From Okamejei kenojei (Eukaryota), in assembly GCA_035221665.1 (NCBI GenBank), contig CM069131.1, positions 28,458,001 through 28,522,000 on the forward strand: a stretch of DNA of 64,000 bases. Direction: 5' to 3'. A model generated the notes under the pieces. That model was not told the DNA's origin. It saw only the letters and a list, made by a program, of their open reading frames with translations, and ran no database searches. Numbering within the stretch: position 1 is the stretch's first letter; every line of letters begins with the position of its first letter. The position numbers and the translations under genes are program-made. Of the stretch, positions 26,430-40,400 are shown piece by piece.

Positions 26430-28224
26430 CTTGAAAGATACAAAACAAATAACTGTCAAAACATTGCAAGATACAACATTTCATATTAAGCTATTTGAAA
26501 GACGGTGCAGAAGATATTAAAAATCAAAATGTGGGCTTTGCAATATTCTCCATTATTTTGGGTGTGAAGCAATTAATCTCTAAACTAAATTACACTAGTT
26601 AAGAAAAAGGCTTTCAGTACAACCAACAATCCTACAAGATGGTCACGGTCAAATTCCCTACTGAGCAACAAGACAACCAGTAGTGGCTATAACATTGCTC
26701 CAAGGAGAGTTAAATCTACTTATACCAGCCCGTTCCCTCACTATGAGTTGCATGAAGTAATTGAGATCAATTATTCCTAACTCACTGGAATTAGTCCAGT
26801 ATGAGACCGCTCCCTGTAAGAATATGCCCTTTTAAACACTTATTTTTTACAACCTAGCTAATAATAAAACAAAAGCGGGCTTTTCAAGCTCAACAAGTTC
26901 AAATTGATCGTTAAGTCTCCAGGTAAACAGTAGGCCCAATCCCTGTGGATGGGGTGGTGGTGGTATGTGGTTACATTGTTGGACTTGCAACTCAGAGGCC
27001 TGTACATTTTAGTGATTAAACTGGCATCTGTTAAAAAAAAAAATCAATTTGAATTTTCTCAATGCCATTCATCTCCAGTGCTCAGCACAACATTGGTTTA
27101 TAAATAGACAAAAAAAAGTAGTTTGGGCTATTTTTAAACCAAGGCTAATTTCCAGAGGCAAGGTGAAAGTGACTGTCCTTGATATCTAGACATCATTGAA
27201 TCAACTGTGGTATCAAGTCACCCTGGTAAAACTGAAGGCAATGAAAACTTAAAGAAAACTTCAATGGTTTAAATCAACCCTGCACAAAGATTTATTCTGG
27301 CTTTTGGAGCTCAATCCTCCTAGCCACAGGAAGTTATCACAAGTTATTTAGGATACATCATCATCACAACCATCTTAACTGCTTTATAATCTGCTTTCTT
27401 CCATAAGAGGAAAACAAATAGGAAAGTTTGCTGAAAACTGAAAAATGATATGGCTCTTTGTAACAAGACCTGGACAACATTCATCCATGAGCTGAAAAAT
27501 GGAAAGTTTACATGTCATAATTGTGCCAGGCAATGACCATCACCAACAAAATCAGTCCAAACCCTTCCTCATATATCCTATGCTTTAACAAGTACAGCTT
27601 CAATTTACAAACTTTACATCTCGTCAGTGAACAAATACAGACTGTACACAAAGTTGTGGCAGGGGGTGAGCCATTTTATTGAACTGATGTCAGTCCTGTG
27701 CACTGGGGCACTCAGAAAGAGTGCACTTTAAGAGCTCACTCTCTTCCCAGAGGTGAGTGTGGTAAAGTGGCATCTGCCAATGATAAACCCAAAGGTGAAG
27801 TTATCGCACGACTCAGGGAAAAAACTGCTCTGACAATTTATTAACCAGCATTTACACAAATGTTTTTGTTTTGCAGGTTATTGAACTTGCCACTGCCACA
27901 CTACACAAGAGCACACATTTAGCAAAACATAGAGGAAATTCCAATTCCTAGGCAACTATTTGACAATTAACCTCTTACAGTTTGCATGATTTTGTTCAAA
28001 ATTCTTAGCTGTGTTTCCTGCATTCCATCAGCATTTACATCTTAAAAATAATTCAATCCCTATGAAATGTTTTGGGACAGACCAAGATTACAAAGTTTAC
28101 TAAATAATGCACCAGATTGACTGAATCACTATAATTTGCAACTGGGGGAATTGTTTGCATGTGTAGCAGTCACAAATGGTACTGCAACACTCAAGTAAAC
28201 AGTATTTCCTCTCCTCCCTTTTCT

Positions 28225-28565
28225 AAACCCTCTCCCCCATCGGCAAAGGGTACAGAAGTGTAAAAACGCACACCTCCAGATCAGGGACAGCTTCTTCCCA
28301 GCTGTTATCAGGCAACGGAACCATCCTCCCACAACTAGTGAGCAATCCTGAACTACCATCAGCCTCATGGTGACCCTCTGACTTTGTGATGGACTTTACT
28401 GGCTTTATCTTGCACTAAATGTTATTCCCTTATCATGTATCTGCACACTGTGAATGGCTCGATTGTAATCATGTATTGTCTTTCCGTTGACTGGTTATTA
28501 CGCAACAAAGCTTTTCACTGTACCTCGGTACTCGTGACAATAAACAAAACTGAACCAAACTGAAC
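28225..28565 (+). mobile_element. Rex1/L2-like LINE 3' end
   Basis: Encodes a remnant GKGYRSVKTHTSRSGTASSQ/FFPAVIR-type terminus, then aataaa and an (AAACTG)n-like tail. Confidence 0.55.
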
Positions 28566-31307
28566 TTTCTCATTGAGGAAGGCAGACAATGTTGAAAATA
28601 TCTTCAGGTCGGGACATCTGGGGAGAGACTTAATGTTTCATGTCAGTAACCTTTCAGAGCTGGAATATTTCCACCTTTTTGTTTTCTTTTTCCAGATTTC
28701 CTATTTCTGCAGTATTTGGGCATTGCATATTTCCTCTAAATACTTGTGGGTGAAGAGATGGATTTTAATTTGGAAATCATGTATTTACTCAGAAATCACA
28801 GGTTTAATTTAGCAGGGATCCTGCTTCAAACTTTCTTGGACATCAAACTAAATCCTTACCTGATTACTTGGTCCGGAGGGAATAAAATACATAATCCTAT
28901 TCAGCAAAAAGCAATGATATCACCAAATGGCTTATCAAATCAAAACCATATTTGTGCAAGGGACATTTTGTATAAAATCTTATTTGTGTAAGGGACGTTT
29001 TCTTTTTAAGTTTGTACAGTTAAAATGTTTTTCTTTTTTAAATACCCCTTACAATTTCAAGACAGACATTCTCCAACTCTGAAACCATGTGTACCTATTT
29101 TTCACTGGCAGCCATACATCCTCAACCCTCTGGAATCCACACGTTAAAACCCCTCTTTCTTGCCCTGCATTTCTTGCATCATCTTTGGCTTAATATCGAT
29201 TTTATGTCCAATGGTATTTTTCTTGCAAACACCAGTTGCAACTGTTGCTGCTCTAAGTTTAGTTTTCAAACAAGTATCTTTTTTATGCTGGGATCTCAGT
29301 TCTAAGTTCTGCTCCGAGTTAACAGTGAAAGATATTCACCATAGTTTAAATATTGTGGTTCAGCTCAAGTTCTGGCTCCTTCCTGCCACGTGGATTACAC
29401 AGCTGTGTCTGATGAATCACAGCAGCAAGTACAATTTTAACCCTCCTTGAAATGTCAAAGATAGTTTCAAGATGATTGCTTAATGAGTGCATTTTATTTA
29501 AAAAACAAAAATCTGAAAAACCATGCAAATTCAGAAACTTTGTTGAGGAGAATCTTAGGGGATATTATTTTTTCAATTCTAAAAATAAAAACCATACGGT
29601 GAATATATTAAATATTTAGAACCACTTAATGTATTGCTACTGGACTAAATCCAAATAACTCCATTTATAAGTTCAGTTATAAATTATAAAGGGAGTAGAG
29701 GTCGAGGCACAGGGAATCAGAGCTCATACGAGGAACAATAAAGAGTGGGATGTGCATTCTTGCACAGCTGTAAAACTGGGAATTGCGGAAGTGGCCAAGT
29801 AGAAGCCCATGAGGAGAGGAGGAGCCACTATAGGGCTGAGTGAAACTTGGCAACACTATTCTGATAAATGAAATGCTCTCTCTACTGGACAAATGAAGAT
29901 AATGTCAAATACATTTCACTGAAAGGATCAAGAGGGAAAGAAAGATGCTTCAACTGGAAGCTGTTTAATCAGGAAATGTTTCACAAGACTATTATATAAA
30001 TAACGTATGGGATCAAGACAAGTATGAAGCAAGAACATTGAATGGCCACCTCATGAACTTGTAGTTGTTATCAGGAGTTAGATGTGTGGTGTTTAGGATC
30101 CTATGTCCTGTGGAAACTATTAAAAATAATAGGCCCAATGCCATTTGAGCAACTTCAGATTGGTTCTGGTCAGTTTGTGTCTCTGGATTTTAAATTGTGA
30201 CTCTACACCTTTGTGGCTCTACAGGTCAGAGTTGACACCTTCACATTGAACCCAAGGAATGAATTCCAAGGTGATTTAGAGATGGATCAGTGCCAATAAA
30301 AACAACAGAGGTCATTGCAATTAAACCCACCTTGTTCATGTTCATAAATGATGGGAGAGGAATTAGGTCATTCGGCCCATCAAGTCTACTCTGCCATTCA
30401 ATCATGGCTGATCTATATGCCCGGACAACCGTACTAATCAAGAATCGATCTATCTCTGCCCTAAAAATATCAATTGACTTGGCCTTCAGTACAGGCCTGT
30501 AGGAACATACACATTAGGAACAGGGGGAAGCCTCAAGTCTGCTCTACCATTTAATGAGAGCATGACTATTGCAATAGTAGCCTCAAATCTGTATTTCCAT
30601 CTACCTGTGCTCACATTTCACCCCTTGCTTACCATGAATCTCTGTCTTAATAATATTCAAAGACTCAATTCTAGGTGCAGGTAGGATATTAGAGCATACT
30701 TGGTTAGATATTGGATTTTGGCACATATGTTCCAGTTACATCAAGTCCCACAACTAATAATGCTGGATGTGAAAAGAATTTGTTGCTAGTACAACCTTTA
30801 GTACTGGAGTAATCTCAGTAGTGGCCTTGCCCCTTAAAACCTCTTGCACCACAGCTATGGGGATATTCAATAATACTGACCCAGATGTTATGAAGGTTAA
30901 AAGCAATAATATTTGTAGTCAGAATATCATTTTGGTTTCTTTTGCTGGGTTATAAAAATTAGTTTCAGGAGCCACTGCCAGGGTTCGATGGGAATTGTTT
31001 AGACAAACGAGGTACATATGTAATAGAAAGAACAAAACAAGTGACTCCCTTGCTTCTACAGGCTCGGAAGTGTCCTATAACAAGCAATAAGGGAGTGAAA
31101 TCATCAGCAATGTTCTAAATTATTGACTGGGATCTTTCACAAATTGTGTTGTGTTATAATCATTCTAAATCATTATTAAAACAGAATCAATAAGATTGAA
31201 AATACATTTTCCTTTCTCATGATTGAATACATTACACCTCTAGAATGTAACAGTTCATCATGCAAAACAAGATCTAGAAAACCAGAATAATCCATCCATA
31301 GATTTAC

Positions 31308-31421
31308 CTTAAGGGCATTGTGCAATTCAGAGACGCTGTACTGCAGAGGAGTCTTCATGAGTCCAACAATCACATTTTCAAACTTCCCACCCAATTCAGA
31401 CTTTAGGTCCTCAACGAGATC
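31308..31421 (-). CDS. ANXA5: Annexin A5 exon (114 nt)
   Basis: AG/GT bounded; DLVEDLKSELGGKFENVIVGLMKTPLQYSVSELHNALK. Confidence 0.95.
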
Positions 31422-32387
31422 CTGTTGTGCACAAGATTATTATTACACAGTGCATCTTTAAAATGTCACAAACAAGATTCAAGTGATTACAGTTGAATTG
31501 TCTCAGCTCCCATCTAATCTAATAGAAACAGAATCCGAATTTGGAAATCACTTTCAGAATAGATACAACCCATACTTCAAAATGACTACTATAACTCAGG
31601 AGAAGTAGATTACAATATTATGGAATTAATAAAGACAACAAAACCTCAGACCAAACTATATTTCAAATGCTCATTAACACTACATTTGTAAAGAATGGAG
31701 TAAATAAAGTTAAGCTCGTTATCACAGGAATGGTGCTCTGAGGTTTATTAAAGGGACCTATAAGTTACTCGCAAACTTACATTATTTAACTCCTTCTCTA
31801 GAACCTGAAACTCACCAAGAACATGGTCAGTGGACAGCAGGAATCACAGATGGGAGGCAGTGACCCACTCTGCAACTCACCAACCCTGTTCAAAACAGCT
31901 GAATTTACACGGAGTGCATACGAGTTTCAGAGTTTTCTTCCCTCAGAATTTAATTCCCTATCCCAGCCCCACTCATACTTGGGCATCGCAATTCCTTTCA
32001 TTAATCCAGTTGCCAATTGGAATTCATTGCAATTTGGTGGCAGCAACAAATATTTGATTCAGAGGCAAAGCAAATTTATGGAATAAGTTGGCAGATCAGC
32101 TATAAGAAGAATTTTGCAGTTTGCACCGAAGTAACACTTTTGGGAAAACTTTCAACCTTGGCGCACAATAATTTCTGCATCAAGGTATACCCCACCCTTT
32201 GTATTAGTACTGCTGTAATCACATTGATGGAGAATGATTGTCAGCATTTCCATGCCTGCTATTTCACAGCATACCAGGGTGGTAAAAGTAGAGCAAAGTT
32301 TTGTTTAGCTCAACTCCCATGTTTCATTTAAATCCATGAAAGTGAGTTGATAAGCACAATGAAACATGCACTTAAATATTTTCCTAC

Positions 32388-32482
32388 CCTGCCAAAAAGA
32401 GTTTTGTATTGAAGGGAGATTTTTAAACGTTGAGTGCTGCTCCGGGTAGTAATGATGCTAATAATAGCACTTTCATCAGTAC
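32388..32482 (-). CDS. ANXA5: Annexin A5 exon (95 nt)
   Basis: AG/GT bounded; (G)TDESAIISIITTRSSTQRLKISLQYKTLFGR. KTLFGR matches ANXA5. Confidence 0.95.
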
Positions 32483-35400
32483 CTACAGAACACAAGAAAA
32501 ACAGAACCCGTAAAGTCACATGAATTTAGGCACAAACACATCAGAATATTTTTGTTGTTTTAACACCATGGTTTAAACATCCACACTCTCAAAGAGTTAA
32601 CAGAATTAGGTCTGGTTTACATAACCTATCCCCTTAGTTGCTGAAGCCCTGGTATAATTCTGTTAAATATCATCCATATCTCTCCAAGGAAAGAGAAATG
32701 TTGCAACATTTTGTACACAAAATTGAATGTATTACAACATGATGTATTTGGAAAAACATTTCCCTCAATAACCCTGTCTTCACATCATACAAAGCAAGAA
32801 TAACAAGGAAGTTCAGACCCCCCCTTCCATTTATAATTCTTGATGCACTATTCCTTCCGTTATCAGGAAACCACAAGTCCATATAGAGCTTTGTCAGAGA
32901 GGCTAAAATGAGTTTTCCACTGCGGCTTGATCCAGAATTAAATTTGAGGGATATTACATCCTTATTGTGGAAGTTACAACCAAACTTGGTAAAGTTAACA
33001 AAGTCTAGATTGATGCTCCAGTCCAACATGAGGAAGTACAGCATTATCAAAACTGCTAGCGATCGAATTAAAGAAAACAAAAAGCAGATACAGCTTCAAG
33101 CTCAGCAGATCAGGCAATATGTATGGGGATAGAAGGAAGAAAAAATAATATTTCTGGCTAGAGACCCTTTGAATTGGAAAAAATAAAAATAAAACGTTAA
33201 AATTGTGACGGGTACAGCAAACCAAAAAAGGGAAAGTTAGTGGAAAGGGAAATGTATTATTGCCAGAGCTGTGCAGTTTGTCTTTGGTTAGGTCGTGTCT
33301 ACTAATGTTTAGAAGAAGGAAGGAGACTTGATTGAAATAAAAGATCCTGAAGAATCTTGACGGAGTTATATGGGAAAGATGTTTTTAACTTATAAAAAAA
33401 TCTAGGAATTGGAGTCATGGTTTGGAAATAAAAACTCACATTTAAACTAGAGATGAGATTATTTTTCTCGGTGGGATGCAAAACTTTGGAACTCTCTTCA
33501 TTACAGGGTGATGGAAGCAAAATCTTTCAATATTTTATTACAGAGGAAATGGATTCTTGTTGAGACAGGTGCTGAGAGATTACGCCGGAACAGCCAGGAA
33601 TGCAGAGATGAGATTAAATTAGATTAGCCATGATTGTATTCAACAGTGTTACAGATTCAAAAGGTCGGATGGTTGACCCTAGCTCCTAATTCATATATTG
33701 TATTGGGAAGACAGTGGTGTGTATGTTGTGGACAAGATACTGTCTCTTAAGCTTACACTGATCTTAATTCGAAGGTGGTGAGAGGGTAAAGTGGAATTCA
33801 GGATGGGAATGGGACATGGAACTGGAAACTGAGGGTCATTCTGGTAGATTGGTTATGGAACTCCTCTGTTCAATCAACCAATCTGTTTGTTATTTCCCTA
33901 ATGCAATGCAAACCATATATTGAGCACAGACCGCGGTAAATCACTGCTTCACTTGAAATGAGTGGCTGAAGGATCTTTGCAACACCCACTCGGCTTGTCA
34001 CAGTACCTCTCCTACAGTTGCATCGGGAAGTGCTGTACCAAGGCAAGAGGGTGTAGCAAAGATGGAAGAGTAAACCAGAGTGTCCCAAAAAGGACTGACT
34101 GTCCTTCCAGAAGGCTCCAAAGGGAGGGAAGGAGAAAATGGCACTGGTGGTGGAATTTTGTTGGACATGGCAGGTGATCAAATGATCAGCTGAATATAGA
34201 GGCTGGATGTATAGAATACCAGAACAATGGGAAGTTTATCCTTTTTCTTGGTAGGAAAGGTAGTGAAGGCAGAAATTCAATCATAAATCCAGAGATATTG
34301 AAAGTACTGTTGTGGATAGAGGTGTGATCAAAAGGAACACAAGCTTAACTAAACCAATCATAATTATGGTTAATGGAGACAAAGCAAGTAGAAGTTAATA
34401 CTCCTCATCCAATAAACACCTAAGCAGAATAATTCATTATTAATCTTATTAATACGGAGCACTTCAAAATGATTGCTCATGTATGCATGAAGATCAATGA
34501 AATTCAGTATAAACCGAATTGTAAACGTAATGTTTTCAAGATAAGTTTATCACATCCAACCTTACCTCCAACTCCAACAACGATACTAGCAAAAGGAGAA
34601 AACTGTTAGCACAAAACATCCTTGATTGCAATACTCTGGCAAGTGTCGTGAATGACAAGATACAATGACAATATGCTGTCCGAGTTCTGATGATCAACAA
34701 ACCAATTAAATTTTATTCTCTAAAGAGAGGGCAACTCTTGGAGACCAATGGATAATCTAGTATAAACATTTTCTTTATATACATCATAAAGCAAGCTTAA
34801 TTGTACCAGGCATAATTGCAGCTATAAGAGCAGGTAAGAAGTTGCCTGTCCTGCAGCAATTGTCTCACTTTTCAATTCCTCAAAGGTCTACCAGGTGCAA
34901 ATCTGGAGTGTATTAAAATACTCTACCTGGTTGCATGAATGATGCAAAAAAAAAAAATCATAAAGTTCAACACCATGTAGTATAAAGCAATTGCCCTGAT
35001 CGGCAACCAATCTACCATCCTAAACATTCAGTATTTCACCATCATTGCTGCAGTGTGCACCATCTATGATATCCAGTAAACTTACTTGCAAATCTTCTAC
35101 AATAACATATCATAAACACGAGCCCTTACCAACAAACAATACAAATAAAAACATGCTTTGTTGTTACTTCTCCCAACTAATTACATTTCTACATTTTCCT
35201 TCATCCCATTTCCTTTGTCTGGTTTTCACACCTTACACTTCCTTATCTATACACCACCCACTCCCCTGACATCAGTCTGAAAAAGGGTCTCGACCCAAAA
35301 CGTCACCCATTCCTTCTCTCCAGAGATGCTGCCTGTGCCGCTGAGTTACTCCAGCATTTTGTGTCCATCTTCAAATAAAAACATGGGCTCATCACCTACA

Positions 35401-35660
35401 GATTTCCCTTCAAGTCATTATCATTCATTGCTGGACAAAATCCTACAGATCCCTGCACATCAGACTAAATTCTCCGGAGTGCAGCAGTTCAAGGAGATCA
35501 CTCACAAGCATCTCTGCAAAGATACCTCAAGCGGCAACAATAGCCATATCTCCAGCTATACACACACATTGCGACTGAATTTCAAAAATTCTTAGCCCAC
35601 GAATAAAAAACATGGTTAAAGATAAACATTTTCTACAAGTTACATATTTCAAGTAATTAC

Positions 35661-35745
35661 CCAGTCCTTTCATGGCTTTTCTGAGCAGTTCAGCATCTTG
35701 GTTTGCATCAAAGTTTGGATAGTCTTTAATAACTCCTCGTGAAGC
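35661..35745 (-). CDS. ANXA5: Annexin A5 exon (85 nt)
   Basis: AG/GT bounded; ASRGVIKDYPNFDANQDAELLRKAMKGL(G). Confidence 0.95.
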
Positions 35746-35930
35746 CTGAATAGCATATTACAATTGAAAAGGTAGCAGTTACCAGCAAATGAAAGTAAAG
35801 TTATCAACAAACACAGTTGTTGTTCAGCGCCTTCAGTGCCTCAAAGACAAACCTTATTACATATTATGGATTAACTTCCCCACAATAATAATAGGGATAA
35901 CTTTCCATTATTTCTTCCAACTTTCCATTA

Positions 35931-36214
35931 TCCAGAGTCAGGTCGGGGGGAGTTCCACAGGTACCATGTAATCCCATGCTAACTGCTCCATGGTCGGATA
36001 GTCGGCGACTAAACCATCTCCCCCACCTGGTTTGCCAAGTGAGGAGGGGGCTGTGGACCCCCAGCAGGACCAAAAACAAGACCTGTCAAAGGGCAGATGA
36101 TCTTCTAGAGAGCCAACAGCCATCCACACTTCAGTAGAAGTTGCTATCACTGTCGTACATAGCATTGTAAGGCACCGTGCCTGTTGATGTTTTCAACGAT
36201 GATGATGATGATGG
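35931..36214 (+). mobile_element. Short non-autonomous retroposon with a (GAT)n tail, possibly RTE-mobilised
   Basis: GC-richer 284-bp island ending in (GAT)5, flanked by ttccatta at 35923-35930 and 36215-36222. No tRNA boxes seen. Confidence 0.45.
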
Positions 36215-36354
36215 TTCCATTAAACATTAACAAAAGCAATATAGTGCAAAGCCATAATCTAATTCAAGATTAGTTACTCAATAACATAGTGCTAAAATAT
36301 ACAAATATTTGACAACATTTTGGCTATGATGAATTTCTTCTTCAACAAAATAAA

Positions 36355-36770
36355 CACATCAAGAAGATTTACAAGTATATTGCCAGGACTCAGGGCCTAA
36401 ACTACAGGGAGAGGTTGGGCAGACTGGAACTTTATTCTTTGGGGCACAAGAGGCTGCATCGTACAGGTATAAAATCCTAGGGGGAATGCACGGAAGGCTG
36501 CGCTACAGTGGTTTAAGCTGAGAGGGGAACGATTTAATCGGAACCCAATCGGAACCCGAGGGGGCAACATTTTCATTCAGAGAGCGGTGAGTATATGGAA
36601 TGAGCTGTCAGAGGAGGTAGTTGAGGCAGCTACTATAACAGTATTTAAAAGAGCTTGGACAGGCACATGGATAGGAAAGGTTAGAGGAATATGGGCCAAA
36701 TGCAGGCAAATGGACTAGCTTCATTCATCATGGTTGGCATTGACAAGCTGGGCCATGGTGCCTGTTGTAT
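36355..36770 (+). mobile_element. Degenerate CR1-like LINE 3' end
   Basis: agaagatttacaag...ttgccaggact, gtggtgagtatatggaatgagctg-like and gggccaaatgcaggcaaatgg CR1 3' motifs. Confidence 0.65.
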
Positions 36771-37932
36771 GGTTCTCGCTGTTTTAGTTCAATTTATATT
36801 ATATATACACATACACAGGAGCACATATCAGACCACTAAATCTAAATCAAGTTTAAAGCTTCATTCAACAGTTTTAAAAATTGAGAAAATAAAACATTTC
36901 CTAATTAGGGAAGAAAACAAAAATGTAAAAAAGCGGAAAACCAAAATCTAAATTAAAAGCAGAAAATGCTGGAAAAAAATCAGCAGGTCGGGTTGTGGGA
37001 TGATAAAGAGTTTACACTTTGAATCAAAGAATTTAAAGGGAGTGGGGAAAAAAAAAACAGATGCTGGTTTACAAAGAAAAGGTTAGTCAAAAGAAGGGTC
37101 CTGAAGTGAAATGTCACCTGTCCATGTTCTCCATTGGTGCTGCTTGACCCTCCGAGTTACTCGAGAACTTTGTGTCTAGCTTCAATTTACAAAGAAGATG
37201 AACAGTGGGAAGGAATTGATAGGACAAAGGGAACATTTGTGATAGAGGGCAGAATTGTTTGGTAAGTAGTGTTTGGTGGGTTAAATGCTGTAGATAGAGT
37301 GATAGCATGGACAAAGGAGGTTTAAAAAAGCTACGGGTGAGGGTGGGGTGCGTTAACAGAGAGTAAAAACTGAGCCAACATCACAAACTGAAGGAAAAGG
37401 CCAGTTCTGATACAGAATGACAAAGCAATGTACAACATATTATAGAATCTTTGATAAAGTTAAAAAGTCTGCAATATGAAAATAGAAAGCTCGGATAGTA
37501 CCTCTTTATTAATTGCAAGAGGCCACGTACAGAGGGCTCTGTATGATAAAGCAGAGTGGGATGGAAAAGTAAAGAAACAAAAATATGCAAGTTTTAAAAT
37601 GTAGTTGGGTGGTTCCTGGCGGTTAAGGATGAGGCACAAAGAAATCCAATGTAATAAAGTCACGTTCAAACGTTTTCTTTAATGTCGCTTTCAAATATTT
37701 CGACATTCATCGTTCATTTTTATAAAAAGCAATTCAATTCAATAAAGTTGTAACTGGAAAACTGAAGTCTGACTTTGTCTCACATGACTCAGTTACACGG
37801 GCTGACGCGTTTTTGAAAGAACGAACGGGTTTGAGAAGCTACAAACTTTATAAGTGCATTTACAGTTACGAAATTATAATGCACAGAAAGGCTGTATTCT
37901 ATAGTTGCTTTTAAAAAAAGAAACCGACCCAC

Positions 37933-37950
37933 CTTTCCTGTCGATGCCAT
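37933..37950 (-). CDS. ANXA5: Annexin A5 first coding exon (MASTGK; exon 37933-37960 including 5' UTR)
   Basis: ccAG|attagaaacaATGGCATCGACAGGAAAG|GTgggt. Good Kozak context and a phase-0 join to the next exon. Confidence 0.8.
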
Positions 37951-38163
37951 TGTTTCTAATCTGGTCAAAACAAAATTATGAAGATTAGCATAAAAAGTTT
38001 GTAATATGTCAATCCAGAGTTCTTCTGCAACATTATTTGAGTGCTTGATATTTAAAAATATACAATCAAGTTTTAAGATAAATAATTTTCAATTTACTCT
38101 TTAAAAGTATGCCGAAAACGGTTTTCCCCACAACCCCGCCCGAAAAGTATTCAACATACTTAC

Positions 38164-38230
38164 ATTAGAGATTTGTCTCGTCGCCTGCCGCTGCAAGATC
38201 TTCACTCCGCTCTGCACAAACACTGCTCTC
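38164..38230 (-). other. ANXA5: Probable non-coding exon 1 of ANXA5 (5' boundary uncertain)
   Basis: Consensus donor GTAAGT at 38163-38158 on the minus strand, below a CpG-richer stretch. Annexin genes typically have an untranslated first exon. Confidence 0.5.
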
Positions 38231-38320
38231 ATCAAACAAACACTACTAGGACTATGAACTCACTCTTTCCAATCTCTATCTTTGCTCTATACTGCCAAGT
38301 GACCGCACCCCGAGCTGGGA

Positions 38321-38346
38321 GCACTGTATGCTGGGAATTGCAGTTT
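38321..38346 (-). promoter_or_regulatory. ZNF143/Staf (SBS with ACTACA-like extension) site in the ANXA5 promoter
   Basis: Minus strand AAACTGCAATTCCCAGCATACAGTGC, close to the consensus ACTACAATTCCCAGCATGC. Confidence 0.55.
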
Positions 38347-38759
38347 AGTCCTGGATGAGTTGTAAAACGCCGCCAGAATTTCGGTTCTCTGGACTAGAAA
38401 GGATTCTGAAAGTAAATACTGAAACCGAACTGTTTTATAAACCGGTAACTTGTTACTTTAGATATAGATATCCACTTCTTGACATTTGCTCTCAAGTGGC
38501 AACGATTGTAGACTTATGTGCCACTCACCAGCTTAAATGTTTGGCCAAGTCATATCCTCAACCACTGATCGATCTGTCAATCCACGATTCACCCTTCTGA
38601 TCTCCCATCTGGACCCCCCACTACAGCCAAATCGATAACCAGTGACAGTCTCTCAAACCCCTGTACCTTCAGACACTCAAATAATGAACCAGGTGATACA
38701 ATTTTAATGCTGAAAATATGCAACCACGTGCAATTGAAATTTGGGTCAATAAGGTGCAC

Positions 38760-39650
38760 TATAATTTCTAGGCAAGCATTTCCAGTAAAAGTGTTGTGAC
38801 CATGCCGAACATATGGTCCTTTTTCTGGACCAGCGCTTCAACATCTCTTGACGTCCAGAGTTCCCCTCTTCTGCCAGCCTTCACTGCCCTTCACCCTAAT
38901 TGGAACATGCTGGCCTTGAACTCTTGTCTCATATTTAAAAGTCTTCCAATTGACTGCCATTCATTTACCTGCAAACAGCTTCCATCCATGAACTTCTGAA
39001 AGTTCTATTCCAAAGCCATCAAAAAATGGGATTGCCTCAATTTGGGACTTCAAACATTTAGACCAGTCCTATCCTTTTCCATAACTTTTTAAATATATAA
39101 TTATAACCTAACCCGAATGCATGGTCCCAAATTGTTCCTCCACTAAAACTTCAGTCACCTGCCCTTCTCAAGTAGGGCCATTTACATGTTGATCGTAAAA
39201 GATTTAATTTGAAAAATGAACGCACTTTACTAATTCCACCCCATCCAAGTCCATAGCACCATGGACGTGTTTCTAATATTTGGAAAGTTAAAATCCGCTA
39301 CTATTGATTTTATTCTTATGAAGTTTTATGAAGTTATTCTTGAAGCTGTCAGTGACATCCCTATATATTAATCTTCTCTAACTTCTGCTCACCATTGTGG
39401 AGACCTATAGCGCAATCCCATCAAATTGATTATTGGATGATCCCCCAGGATTTTCTTCTTGAAGTACCACCAAAATGTTCTCCCTAATCAAAAATGCAAT
39501 CCCCCTTCCTTTCTTACATCAACTCCATCTATTTTGTAGCATGTGTACATTGAGCTGCTAGTCATGCCTCTCCCTCAGCTACTTTCCTGTAATAACTTTA
39601 ATTTTCCAGTCCCATATCCCTATCTATGCCCAGAGTTCTTCTGCCTTAGC
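38760..39650 (-). mobile_element. Old CR1-like LINE, endonuclease-region remnant
   Basis: Decayed reverse-complement motifs (ggattttaactttcc = DFNFP, tataggtctcc ~ YRPP). Boundaries approximate. Confidence 0.5.
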
Positions 39651-40291
39651 CATTGCATGGGGGAAGTTTATTAATGAAGCAGTTGAAGATTGTTATGTCA
39701 GTTAAATCAAGCAATCTTAATCATAACATTGGACGAGAAGCTCATTGAGGGCACTGTGACATTAAACGTGAGCAGATACTACTCAGAAAGTTGTTATGGA
39801 ACAGAATAGAATTATAGAAGGGTTGAACATCTGGATGAAGGAAGCATTTATTTTGTCTTGTAATTTTATAGTCACAATGTCTTAGTTTGAATTCAGGGAA
39901 ACAGCTTATCAATATTGCCTACCCGAATGTCTCCGTATTTTTGAACTTGGGATATTGACACTGATGGCAAACCCAGTATTTTATTGCCGATCTCCAGTTT
40001 TTCGGGTGAGCATACATCCAGTGTTCTTATGTAGGGAGATCCCGGACTTAGACCCAGCAGTAATGAAAGCCAAGTGTATATTTCACAAGAATCAAGAGTA
40101 ATTCATTATCATATATACTGAAACGGAACAATGAAATTCTTACTTGCTGCAGCTTAAAAGGCCTGTAAAAGCAACAGTCCAAGATAAATATAATAATCAA
40201 ACATTTAATAAATTCATAACTGTAATACTAGTGGAAAAATCTGGTGTTGGTAGTTCAACAAAAGGCATAGTCCAGAGTAGTTCCTAGTTGA

Positions 40292-40386
40292 GGGTACACA
40301 AAATGCTGGAGAAACTCAGCGGGTGCAGCAGCATCTATGGAGCGAAGGAGATAGGCAACGTTTCGGGCCGAAACCCTTCTTCAGAC
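40292..40386 (-). mobile_element. 95-bp solo Penelope-type terminus with a hammerhead-like core
   Basis: Perfect 14-bp TSD tagttcctagttga (40278-40291, 40387-40400). Minus strand CTGAAGAAGGGTTTCGGCCCGAAACGTT at 40384-40357. Confidence 0.75.
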
Positions 40387-40400
40387 TAGTTCCTAGTTGA

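Noticed and set aside
32670-33225. Several 70-136-aa ORFs in an ANXA5 intron
   Set aside because: No recognisable domains; probably decayed LINE sequence or chance ORFs.
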